Below are positions 30,079 through 38,428 of a stretch of 64,000 bases of DNA, one piece after another; positions within the stretch are counted from its first letter, which is position 1, and every line of letters starts with the position of its first letter. The notes beneath the pieces are model-generated. The model did not search any database and was not told the origin of the DNA. It saw only the letters and a program-made list of their open reading frames with translations. The translations under genes and the position numbers were made by a program. The stretch covers positions 18,393 to 82,392 of the forward strand of contig CAZTSB010000072.1 of assembly GCA_964616435.1 (NCBI GenBank), written 5' to 3'. The DNA comes from an uncultured Puniceicoccaceae bacterium (GTDB lineage: Bacteria > Verrucomicrobiota > Verrucomicrobiia > Opitutales > Coraliomargaritaceae).

Positions 30079-30524
30079 GAGAACCTTTAAACTTTACAGT
30101 CGCAGTGCACGTGGATGGTTTTGAGAAGGGGGATGTGCAATCAATTCGCTTTTCCAAGGTGCAACGTGGAATATATAGAACAGGAAGAGTCTCTGGTATC
30201 GTCGAATGGACTTACGGGAGAGAAGCTGCCAATTGGTATATTACTGGTGATGGTAAAATTAGGGAGTATTGGTATTCTTGGTAGATTAATAGACTCCAGC
30301 AATTTAACTTCCTTTGCATAACAAGCGGAAGTAGATCAATCATATACCCGTGGCGCTTTCTGGCTTCGATAAGGTCGCTATTATGAGACTGTTTTCTTGA
30401 GTAGTGTGGTCAAACAGGGGTATATGATGACTATTCCTGAACGTTCTGGAAAAGAAAACAGGGCAACATATGCGGTCGCTATCGTGCTTTTGCCTCAGGG
30501 TTTGAAGAAGATATAAAGACTCCA

Positions 30525-30607
30525 AAATCTTATGCGCATAAAATTAAATTCTATAAGCATAAAATAAATTTTTGTAGGCATAAAAATAAATCCTATGCGC
30601 ACAAAAT
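30525..30607. repeat. Four degenerate 20-22 bp tandem repeats
   Basis: AAATCTTATGCGCATAAAATT / AAATTCTATAAGCATAAAAT / AAATTTTTGTAGGCATAAAAAT / AAATCCTATGCGCACAAAAT. Confidence 0.7.
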
Positions 30608-30810
30608 AGAGACTTTATAATCATAGGCAAAAAAGCCAAATCTACTGAAATAGAATCCGCAAACATTTGAGACTGAGCAGACAGTTCCACGACTTTTAAG
30701 AAAAGCGATTCGACACTATGACACCCCTACACCAAAAAGGAAAAATGAATACCAATCAGACGAAGAGCATTTGCAGAATTCGATAAGATTGGGAACATTT
30801 GAAACTCAAC

Positions 30811-30915
30811 CCAGAACCAGACGAGCTAGTCAATGCGAGATATCGCGCCAGAACTTCTGAAAAGCATTTGCACCTTGCAGCCCACAGGCTCGCATGACTA
30901 CTCTCTACTTTCGGC
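30811..30915 (+). mobile_element. attC-like integron cassette recombination site
   Basis: R'' CCAGAAC, 5 nt, L'' GAGCTAGT ... L' ACTACTC, 5 nt, R' TTTCGGC. Stem GAG(C)TAGTCA(A)TGCGAG/CTCGCATGACTACTC has two extrahelical bases. Confidence 0.75.
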
Positions 30916-30924
30916 AAAAATAAA

Positions 30925-31317
30925 ATGGAAAATTTAGTTACGAATGAAGGAGATTTTTCACTTGAGGAAACGGTTCTCGAAGATTTAAGAAAGCTTAACC
31001 ACTCTGCTCGAGGTTTTCATTTGTTAGCAGTATTTTTTTTACTTCTAGGGCCATTCTCTCCATTGGGGATTATTATGGGAGTTGCATACATATTTAAAGC
31101 ACGAGCGTTAACAAAAAGAAAAGGTATGGCAGAGGGTTTAGAATTTGTTGAAAAGTTAGGTAAAGATGAATTAAAAGTTTTAGCTAAGAGTCATAGCGAC
31201 CTAGGAGCAGTTGCTTATTTCAAAATTAAGAGAAGAGTGTTTTGGTATCCGATCGTTCTTCCTCCTATCGTATTTGGTGGTTTACTTGTAGTACTTTTCA
31301 CTATCATAACATTCTAA
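30925..31317 (+). CDS. Small AT-rich membrane protein (gene cassette)
   Basis: 130 aa with 2-3 hydrophobic segments; starts 9 bp after one attC-like site and ends just before the next. Confidence 0.7.
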   Translation: MENLVTNEGDFSLEETVLEDLRKLNHSARGFHLLAVFFLLLGPFSPLGIIMGVAYIFKARALTKRKGMAEGLEFVEKLGKDELKVLAKSHSDLGAVAYFKIKRRVFWYPIVLPPIVFGGLLVVLFTIITF

Positions 31318-31324
31318 AATGGAA

Positions 31325-31395
31325 GCAGTACCAGTCGGAGTGATTCAACTCCGTTACGCTGCGCTCCACTACGTGATCATCCTCTAACGGTCTAC
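31325..31395 (+). mobile_element. Degenerate attC-like site
   Basis: R'' GCAGTAC, 5 nt, L'' GGAGTGAT ... L' ATCATCC, 6 nt, R' GGTCTAC; next ATG 10 bp downstream. Confidence 0.6.
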
Positions 31396-31405
31396 AGAAA
31401 TAATT

Positions 31406-31741
31406 ATGACAGAAAGTAATCAACTGATTTTTGGAATATTGTGTCTTATAATATTTTTTGCCTTTTGGATGACAATATTTGCTAGGGCAGGATACTCTCA
31501 ATGGCTAAGCTTACTGGTACTTATTCCTCTAGCAGGGCTACCTATAGTTTTATTTATTCTGGCAGTCAGGAAATGGCCAATTCAACGTGAGGTTAGTGAA
31601 CTTAGAATTCGTTGTGGTAGTGGGAATAAAGAAGACGCTTATTTTTTGCTTAGTGAGGGGATACGTTTTGAAGTTAAAGGAAAGTACGAAGAAGCACAAG
31701 CCCTCTGGTTTGACCCAGATAGCAAAGGGTTTTGTCGCTAA
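31406..31741 (+). CDS. Membrane-protein cassette ORF, 3'-truncated and fused to the brnT remnant
   Basis: FWMTIFARAGYSQWLSLLVLIP...WP membrane N-terminus; final residues EEAQALWFDPD are BrnT-like. Confidence 0.55.
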   Translation: MTESNQLIFGILCLIIFFAFWMTIFARAGYSQWLSLLVLIPLAGLPIVLFILAVRKWPIQREVSELRIRCGSGNKEDAYFLLSEGIRFEVKGKYEEAQALWFDPDSKGFCR

Positions 31742-31938
31742 ATCGGATGATGAAGACCGCTTTGCGATTATTGCTGCTTTCAAAAAGAAGTTATGGGTTG
31801 GTTTCTTATACTCCAAGAGAAACTCAACCACTATGCACTGAAAGTGCATAGTTTTTACTAACGGATTGAGAAAATAAAATCCGACTCATTTCAGTGAGAC
31901 GGGCTCGAACTAACGAAAGAATACTCTATGAAAGCTAA
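31688..31938 (+). pseudogene. brnT: BrnT-family toxin pseudogene
   Basis: Reconstructs across frameshifts and an insertion as EEAQALWFDPD / VAKSDDEDRFAIIAAFKKKLWVGF / ENKIRLISVRRARTNERILYES*. The 3' end overlaps the antitoxin ATG. Confidence 0.8.
31823..31870. mobile_element. About 45-bp hairpin insertion (MITE-like) inside brnT
   Basis: ACTATGCAC-TGAAA-GTGCATAGT hairpin; flanked by direct repeat GAGAAA (31817-31822, 31868-31873); ends CTCAACC/GGATTGAG are near-inverted. Confidence 0.55.
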
Positions 31939-32188
31939 AGATCTAGATAAAATTTTTGATGATGGAGAAGTTGATATTAATGACTATTTGGATTTGTCCT
32001 CTGTATTCAGACCTGGCCAAGAACAAAAGCGTGTGAATGTGGACTTTCCCGTTTGGATGATTGAACGCTTAGATAGTGAAGCGAATCGTCTTGGTGTACC
32101 TAGACAGTCGTTGATTAAAGTATGGATTGGTGAGCATCTTAGGGCACCTAAAACCAAAAGACTGCCTAGGGCCAACAAGGCAGGATAG
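31928..32188 (+). CDS. brnA: BrnA/CopG-type antitoxin
   Basis: MKAKDLDKIFDDG.....YLDL...R....KRVNVDFP.WMI..LD.EA.RLGV.RQSLIKVW ribbon-helix-helix pattern. Confidence 0.88.
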   Translation: MKAKDLDKIFDDGEVDINDYLDLSSVFRPGQEQKRVNVDFPVWMIERLDSEANRLGVPRQSLIKVWIGEHLRAPKTKRLPRANKAG

Positions 32189-32224
32189 ACAACGCCTTTG
32201 GCGCGCCTACCTTTGACGTACTGA
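32170..32224 (+). mobile_element. Short degenerate attC-like site
   Basis: R'' GGCCAAC, 5 nt, L'' AGGATAGA, CGCC-TTT-GGCG apex, L' CCTACCT, 5 nt, R' GTACTGA; the brnA stop lies inside it. Confidence 0.6.
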
Positions 32225-32536
32225 AAAGCTGAACAATAAAGGTTCTTGCCGATCCCAGTATTCGCGCATCCAGAAGTGTTTCCCGGGAACGCCGAGCCCC
32301 AGCTCGGCCTCTTCCATCTCCTTCAACTCTTCTTTCATCTGTTGCAATTTCTTCTGTGGCAAACTGTCCGCCAGGCGAAAAGTGATAAATTGCAGTAGTC
32401 CCATCTGATCACAATGTAGCAGGTACCCACGGAAATACTATACTTTGGCGAGGTACGCTGTGCCGCCGGATGGAGCTGTGCCGCGCGGGGCAGCTGTGCC
32501 GCGCTGGGGCTCGGCTTTCCCGGGGATGGGTTTCAT
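32207..32536 (-). pseudogene. REP-associated tyrosine transposase (RAYT/Y1) remnant, internally deleted
   Basis: From ATG 32536: ...KV*YFRGYLLHCD..LLQFITFRLADSLP...FWMREYWDR. In-frame TAG at 32440-32438; central HUH region missing. Confidence 0.75.
32282..32524. repeat. Inverted pair of REP-like palindromes
   Basis: CCCGGGAACGCCGAGCCCCAGCTCGGC (32282-32308) and, on the - strand, CCCGGGAAAGCCGAGCCCCAGCGCGGC (about 32498-32524). Confidence 0.65.
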
Positions 32537-32697
32537 GCAGCTAACTCAGGTTCTGGGAAACTGAATAGGAAGTCCCGGTAATACTCGTATTGCTTCTGGC
32601 GTAACTCAATCTCGCGTGGTAGGCATTCGCTGATGGAACTGGGTAACGCATAGAACTTATCGAGAATGACTACGATGCGGGATTGGTCTGCAGACAT
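32533..32697 (-). pseudogene. hsdS: Type I restriction-modification specificity subunit (HsdS), C-terminal fragment
   Basis: Manual translation: [54 protein letters not shown], matching the conserved HsdS coiled-coil C-terminus. Below the ORF-track length cutoff. Confidence 0.8.
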
Positions 32698-32966
32698 GAC
32701 CGAATTACTTAAGCAAAACTTAACTTTTGCCCGGTAGTGTGATTTGGTATAAGATTAAAAAGGCTCTATGTCTTTGCCGATAAAGCTTACGATGACAGAC
32801 TACATCCGCCAATATATCCAGAGTAATGAAGGCATTGCAGTCATATCATCGAAGAAAAAGCGCAAGAAGCCGATTCATGATGACAAACTATCAAAAACAT
32901 AAATCGAGTTTGTAACGCTCTCAGCAATAGCTGATTGGATCAATTTATGATTTGTGCGTGTACGGT

Positions 32967-34463
32967 TTAGTAAACGTGAGTCGACTCTTCTTCCGGAACC
33001 GGAACCTTTAGAAGGTCGGAACTGACTCGCGCTTTAAAGCGTAAATCACCAGTATCAACTGCTTTTGCAACAACACGGAACTGAATGATTTCTTTTGCTC
33101 GCAATATCGGATAAGGATCGAAGGAAATCTTATTTTTAGAAATCGTACCTTTGGTATCACCTGCAATGGACATAATCGAAAGGCCTTTCGGAATTTGTAT
33201 GTCCAGTTTCACATTCCTGTCGGCAGCAGTACCTTGGTTGGCGATTTGAACAATGTAAGTGGTTTCTTCTCCAGCAATAAGTGGATCTTTTGTATCAAGC
33301 ACTTCGATTAGAAGCGCAGGATAGCCTCCCCATTCGGTGCAGGCATTATCAGTTTTTACCAAACTGGAGTCTACTGTTGAAACGCTTGCCTGATTACAGA
33401 AAGAGCCTTCTTTGGTTACAAGCAGTTCAACTTCGAAGCTTTTTTCATCACCGAGACCCAAGTCGGCTGTCCATGTGGCTGTATTTCCTTCAATCACAGC
33501 ACCTTCTGCACTTATCAGTTCGCTTTCCGGTGGGGCGATATTAGTTATAATAACATCTTCGAAAGCAATGTCACCTGTGTTGGCTACATCAACTGTGTAA
33601 ATTGCTGTTTTGCCAACAAACTGTTTTTCCGGGCCTTCTGTGTATACCTCAAGGCCTGATTCCAGAACATTGATGCACGCTTCATCCTCAACCGATTCTG
33701 CATTAGATGCAGTTACGACTGTCAGATTACAAAGCTTGCCGGCTTTGATCGCCGTGGTGTCTAAAATGATTTCACGGCTGTCACCGGGAATCAGTTGACC
33801 AATTTCAATTATCTGGTTGCTTTCACCACTGGAATGCGCGAGTCCATCCGGCAAAGTATTTGTTATCACAACGTTGTCAGCAAAGAAAGTGCCGGTATTT
33901 GCTATTGTTATGTTCCATGGGACATTTGTGTTTAGTAAAACACTTTCCAATATTGTTGTTGTCTGTATCGTAAGTTCCGGTACGCCAACAGACGTGGTTG
34001 TCGATGCTCCAGCGTAGGCTTCAACTGTGGCCTGATTACTAAAATCCGAAATTGTGGAAGCGTTAACTACGAGTTCGAGGGGAACAATTTCGCCCCTCTC
34101 AAGATTATATAAGGTCCAGACAACAGTATCTTCAATGATCTGTGCCGTTGGGCTGCTGGATACATACGTGGAGCCAACGGGTACTTGATCTTTCACAATC
34201 ACTTTCTTCAATTTATCTTTGGCAGTAACTACATAGTTGTAGCTGAAGTCCTGATTGAGGGCGACTAAAGATGGCACTGTTTTTTCGAGACGCACCGATT
34301 GTTTATCAACATAATCGGCTGCTACATCTATGGAATAACCGTCTGGTACTATAGCTTTTGGCTCTTCAACTGCCAAATCCGGTTCAACTGAAGGTTTAGA
34401 AGCAATAAGAATTGTTGTTCCCATGAGCAAAAATGCTCCAAAAAGTTTTTTTGTTTTATTCAT
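32967..34463 (-). CDS. Secreted DUF11-repeat protein, chlamydial OmcB-like
   Basis: Signal peptide; repeated TY.I.V.N.G / D.LP.GL Ig-like units; C-terminus DTKDP..AGEETTY...GDLRF.A.VSSD.L..PV..EESTHVY. Confidence 0.8.
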   Translation of the reverse strand: MNKTKKLFGAFLLMGTTILIASKPSVEPDLAVEEPKAIVPDGYSIDVAADYVDKQSVRLEKTVPSLVALNQDFSYNYVVTAKDKLKKVIVKDQVPVGSTYVSSSPTAQIIEDTVVWTLYNLERGEIVPLELVVNASTISDFSNQATVEAYAGASTTTSVGVPELTIQTTTILESVLLNTNVPWNITIANTGTFFADNVVITNTLPDGLAHSSGESNQIIEIGQLIPGDSREIILDTTAIKAGKLCNLTVVTASNAESVEDEACINVLESGLEVYTEGPEKQFVGKTAIYTVDVANTGDIAFEDVIITNIAPPESELISAEGAVIEGNTATWTADLGLGDEKSFEVELLVTKEGSFCNQASVSTVDSSLVKTDNACTEWGGYPALLIEVLDTKDPLIAGEETTYIVQIANQGTAADRNVKLDIQIPKGLSIMSIAGDTKGTISKNKISFDPYPILRAKEIIQFRVVAKAVDTGDLRFKARVSSDLLKVPVPEEESTHVY

Positions 34464-34692
34464 ATATCTTTGTTATGCATTAAGCCGTCTGCAATTTAGA
34501 TTAAATTTTTAGCCATTGTCACGTTTAGATTTATCTTCAGAAAGTTGCTTCAGTTTACGCCAATCTGAAACTTCTATATCCATAGACGCATTTTAGCTTC
34601 CAAACTCAAGACTAAATTTGGGATAATGAAAATATGTTTGCCCACAAAGATTGTGATCTTCGCTTGATGGGCAAATATCCTGGTTAGCGGGA

Positions 34693-35454
34693 CTAGGATG
34701 CGGCCGAGAAGAATTCTTTTACTTTAGCCGTTGAATAATCGCGGTTGAGTTGAGCAATCATATCCAGGGGTATACTTTTCGGGCAAACGGCTTCACACTC
34801 TCCGACATTTGTGCAGCCCCCAAATCCTTCACCATCCATGGTGCTAACCATGGCCAGTACACGGCGATCCTTTTCAGGTTTACCTTGTGGCAAACTGTTC
34901 ATGTGAGAAACTTTTGCAGATGTGAAAAGCATTGCAGATGCATTAGGACATGCTGCGACACAAGCGCCACAACCAATACAGGCAGCAGCATCCATTGCAT
35001 AATCAGCGTCTACCTTGGGCACCGGATTTGCATTTGCATCAACGGCGCTTCCGGCACGTGCAGTAATGAACCCGCCCGACTGGATAATGCGGTCAAATGC
35101 GCTTCGATCTGTTACCAGGTCTTTAACCACCGGAAAAGGCTTTGCCCGCCATGGTTCGATGGTGATTGTTTCACCATCTTCGAAATGACGCATGTGGAGT
35201 TGACAGGCCGTAGTTGCTTTTTCAGGGCCGTGAGGAATCCCGTTGATCGTCATTGAACACATACCACAAATGCCTTCGCGACAGTCGTGATCGAATGCGA
35301 TGGGCTCTTCACCTTTTTCAACCAATTCTTCGGAAAGAATATCGAGCATTTCAAGAAATGAAGAATCTTCAGAAACATCTTCGAGCTGATATTCTTCGAA
35401 TTTACCGTTGCTTTGGCTGTTCTTCTGCCGCCAGACTTTTAGTTTTAACTTCAT
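34693..35454 (-). CDS. sdhB: Succinate dehydrogenase/fumarate reductase Fe-S subunit
   Basis: [34 protein letters not shown]. Confidence 0.96.
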   Translation of the reverse strand: MKLKLKVWRQKNSQSNGKFEEYQLEDVSEDSSFLEMLDILSEELVEKGEEPIAFDHDCREGICGMCSMTINGIPHGPEKATTACQLHMRHFEDGETITIEPWRAKPFPVVKDLVTDRSAFDRIIQSGGFITARAGSAVDANANPVPKVDADYAMDAAACIGCGACVAACPNASAMLFTSAKVSHMNSLPQGKPEKDRRVLAMVSTMDGEGFGGCTNVGECEAVCPKSIPLDMIAQLNRDYSTAKVKEFFSAAS

Positions 35455-35481
35455 GATTATCAGATACGTTTAAGGTTCAGG

Positions 35482-37425
35482 CTATTTGTAGCTGCGGGTT
35501 GCAAGTTTTACCTCTTCATAGACAAGAGATTCTTTGTGTAGTTCGGGTTCTTTGTCATCGCCTTTATATTCCCAGACACTGACAAAGCTGTAATTTTTGT
35601 CATCTCGAGTAGCTTCACCGTCTTCGGTCTGATACTCTGTGCGAAAGTGACCGCCACAGGATTCTTCGCGAGTCAGCGCATCGCGACAAAGCAACTCGCC
35701 GAATTCCATAAAATCAGCTACGCGACCGGCACGCTCCAGTTCCTGATTGAGTCCTTTTTCATCACCAACTACCCGCAGGTTATCCCAAAATTCACTACGC
35801 AACTCTTGAATCTCTTTAATCGCGTCGGTGAGTCCTTCTTTATCACGAGCCATTCCACACTTATCCCAAACAATTTGGCCAAGACGCTTGTGGAAAGAAC
35901 GCGGTGATTCCTTCCCTTTAACGGAAATGAGTTTTTTAATGCGTTCTTTCACATCAGACTCAACTTCATCAAATGAAGCATTATTGGTTGTTACGGTGCC
36001 AGCCGCAGCAATGCCTTGCTCTGCAAGGTAGTTTCCAACGGTATATGGTAAAACAAAATATCCATCGGCCAAACCTTGCATCAATGCAGATGCACCGAGC
36101 CGGTTCGCACCGTGGTCTGAAAAGTTTGCCTCACCGCCGACAAACAACCCTGGTATGGTGCTCTCAAGATGATAATCGACCCATAGCCCTCCCATAGTAT
36201 AATGTACTGCCGGGAAGATCATCATGGGTGTCTTGTAAGGATCTTCACCTGTTATACGGTTATACATGTCGAAAAGATTTCCGTAGCGCTCGGCAATGGT
36301 TGACTGTCCATCACGAGCGATTGAATCACGAAAATCAAGAAATACGCCAAGCCCGGTCGAAGCAACGCCACGACCTTCATCACAAGCTTCTTTTGCCGCA
36401 CGTGATGAAATGTCACGTGGAGCAAGATTGCCAAAACTTGGGTATTTCCGCTCCAGGTAGTAGTCACGTTCTTCTTCCGCGACTGTATTCGGATCCAATT
36501 TACCTTCACGGATTTTTTGCGCAGTCTCTTTGGATTTTGGAACCCAGACGCGACCATCGTTGCGGAGCGATTCAGACATCAAAGTCAGCTTGGACTGCTG
36601 GTCGCCATGAACGGGAATGCAGGTCGGATGGATCTGAGTATAACAAGGGTTGGCAAATCCGGCACCACGCTTGTAAGCACGGTAAGCCGCAGTTACATTG
36701 CAGCCTTGAGCATTTGTGGAGAGGAAAAAGACATTACCATAGCCGCCAGTAGCCAGGACGACGGCATCTGCAGCGTGTCGAGAAATTTCACCGGTCATCA
36801 GATTACGTACAATTATGCCCTTGGCATGTCCATCGACCTTGACCAGATCGAGCATCTCGTGGCGACTATACATTTTTATCTTTCCAAGACCAATTTGACG
36901 GCTCAATGCTGAGTATGCTCCGAGGAGGAGTTGCTGTCCGGTTTGCCCGCGAGCGTAAAAAGTTCTGGACACTTGTGCGCCACCAAAGGAACGGTTGGAC
37001 AGTAAGCCTCCATATTCGCGTGCAAAAGGTACTCCTTGAGCAACACACTGATCGATGATGTCATTACTGACTTCCGCAAGCCGATATACGTTTGCTTCAC
37101 GGGAACGATAGTCTCCACCCTTTACGGTGTCGTAAAAGAGGCGCCGCACGTTGTCACCGTCGTTCTGGTAATTTTTTGCTGCATTGATTCCACCCTGAGC
37201 AGCAATACTATGTGCTCTTCGCGGACTATCCTGATAGCAGAAGCAGGATACATTATACCCTTGCTCGGCAAGACTGGCTGAAGCAGCACTGCCGGCAAGG
37301 CCTGAGCCGACAACAATAACGTGGTATTTCCGACGATTCGCCGGATTGACCAACTTCATGTTAAATTTGTGGTTCGACCATTTGTCGGAGAGTGGCCCTT
37401 CAGGAACTTTTGAATCAAGATTCAT
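35482..37425 (-). CDS. sdhA: Succinate dehydrogenase/fumarate reductase flavoprotein
   Basis: [44 protein letters not shown]. Confidence 0.97.
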   Translation of the reverse strand: MNLDSKVPEGPLSDKWSNHKFNMKLVNPANRRKYHVIVVGSGLAGSAASASLAEQGYNVSCFCYQDSPRRAHSIAAQGGINAAKNYQNDGDNVRRLFYDTVKGGDYRSREANVYRLAEVSNDIIDQCVAQGVPFAREYGGLLSNRSFGGAQVSRTFYARGQTGQQLLLGAYSALSRQIGLGKIKMYSRHEMLDLVKVDGHAKGIIVRNLMTGEISRHAADAVVLATGGYGNVFFLSTNAQGCNVTAAYRAYKRGAGFANPCYTQIHPTCIPVHGDQQSKLTLMSESLRNDGRVWVPKSKETAQKIREGKLDPNTVAEEERDYYLERKYPSFGNLAPRDISSRAAKEACDEGRGVASTGLGVFLDFRDSIARDGQSTIAERYGNLFDMYNRITGEDPYKTPMMIFPAVHYTMGGLWVDYHLESTIPGLFVGGEANFSDHGANRLGASALMQGLADGYFVLPYTVGNYLAEQGIAAAGTVTTNNASFDEVESDVKERIKKLISVKGKESPRSFHKRLGQIVWDKCGMARDKEGLTDAIKEIQELRSEFWDNLRVVGDEKGLNQELERAGRVADFMEFGELLCRDALTREESCGGHFRTEYQTEDGEATRDDKNYSFVSVWEYKGDDKEPELHKESLVYEEVKLATRSYK

Positions 37426-37440
37426 TACAATTTAATCTTA

Positions 37441-38232
37441 TTAGTACAATTTCTTGTTGTTTATTTCTATGGTCTCGACAGCGGGAATTTCGGAAGTCTT
37501 CTTAATTACACCCGTCAGGACTGCGACAGGCGTTGAAGCAAAGCCAAGGAAAATAATTAACCCATAAGCAAGTGCGGAACGATCTAAAAACGGCCGCCAA
37601 TTTTTATTCCGAAGACCCACAGTCTGAAACATGCTGCTAAAGCCATGAGCCAGATGCATGCACAGAAGGCCTGTGGCCAGGATATAAAAAGCTGAAACCC
37701 ACCAGACCTGAAAACCTTCGATCATCATGTCGTATACATTGAATGTCATAACCGGCTTCCCGTTTTCAATAACCGGCTTCCCGTTTTTCATAAGTACAAC
37801 ATCGGCAATCGTTTCATTGTACTCTTTGCCGGGGATTACGCGTGCCGTGTAATGGGCAATGTGAAAAAGAATAAATGCAAGCAGGATGACACCACTCATG
37901 CGCATCGTTTTTGCCGCGTAGGTCGCTTGTACAGACTTTTTGACATCGTAGCTTTCAGGGCGTGCTTTGCGATTGTCCAGAGTCAGCGTAATTGCAGCCC
38001 ACAAGTGTATAGACACAGAGGTAAGTAAGAACAGACGCACTGCCCACAAAAGCGCAGGAGGCATCACGTGATGCAATTTGTACGCATAAGCATTAATTGC
38101 ATCAGGCCCCATGAAAACCTGCAGGTTGCCTAGCATATGACCTAGCACAAAGAGCACCAAAACCAGTCCGGTTAGAGCCATTAGAATTTTCCGACCAATA
38201 GTCGATTGAACAAAATCACATAATGCGTGCAT
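37441..38232 (-). CDS. sdhC: Succinate dehydrogenase cytochrome b subunit
   Basis: IGRKILMALTG, GHMLGNL, HLAHG..S.FQT.G; first gene of sdhCAB. Confidence 0.93.
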   Translation of the reverse strand: MHALCDFVQSTIGRKILMALTGLVLVLFVLGHMLGNLQVFMGPDAINAYAYKLHHVMPPALLWAVRLFLLTSVSIHLWAAITLTLDNRKARPESYDVKKSVQATYAAKTMRMSGVILLAFILFHIAHYTARVIPGKEYNETIADVVLMKNGKPVIENGKPVMTFNVYDMMIEGFQVWWVSAFYILATGLLCMHLAHGFSSMFQTVGLRNKNWRPFLDRSALAYGLIIFLGFASTPVAVLTGVIKKTSEIPAVETIEINNKKLY

Positions 38233-38428
38233 AATTTATGGTGTGTAAGGGATTTACGTGGAGAACGTAAAATCGTATTTAAAATAAGTTCAACCTGAAA
38301 ACGTCTAATATAAGGGCGTTTAATGAAATTAATAACGCCTGAATGTCAACAGCTTGGCAGTCTGCCGGACATAGATAAAACTTAGAATATAAGATTGTGG
38401 TATGCGTAGTCTCTATTTCATTGGTTAC

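Noticed and set aside
30115..30520. ORFs 30115-30321 and 30340-30525 as real genes
   Set aside because: Short with no confident motif; probably decayed fragments
30525..30607. Possible CRISPR array
   Set aside because: The repeats are contiguous, degenerate and have no spacers; no cas genes in the window
30080..32960. Complete integron or prophage
   Set aside because: No tyrosine recombinase or phage gene is recognisable in the window
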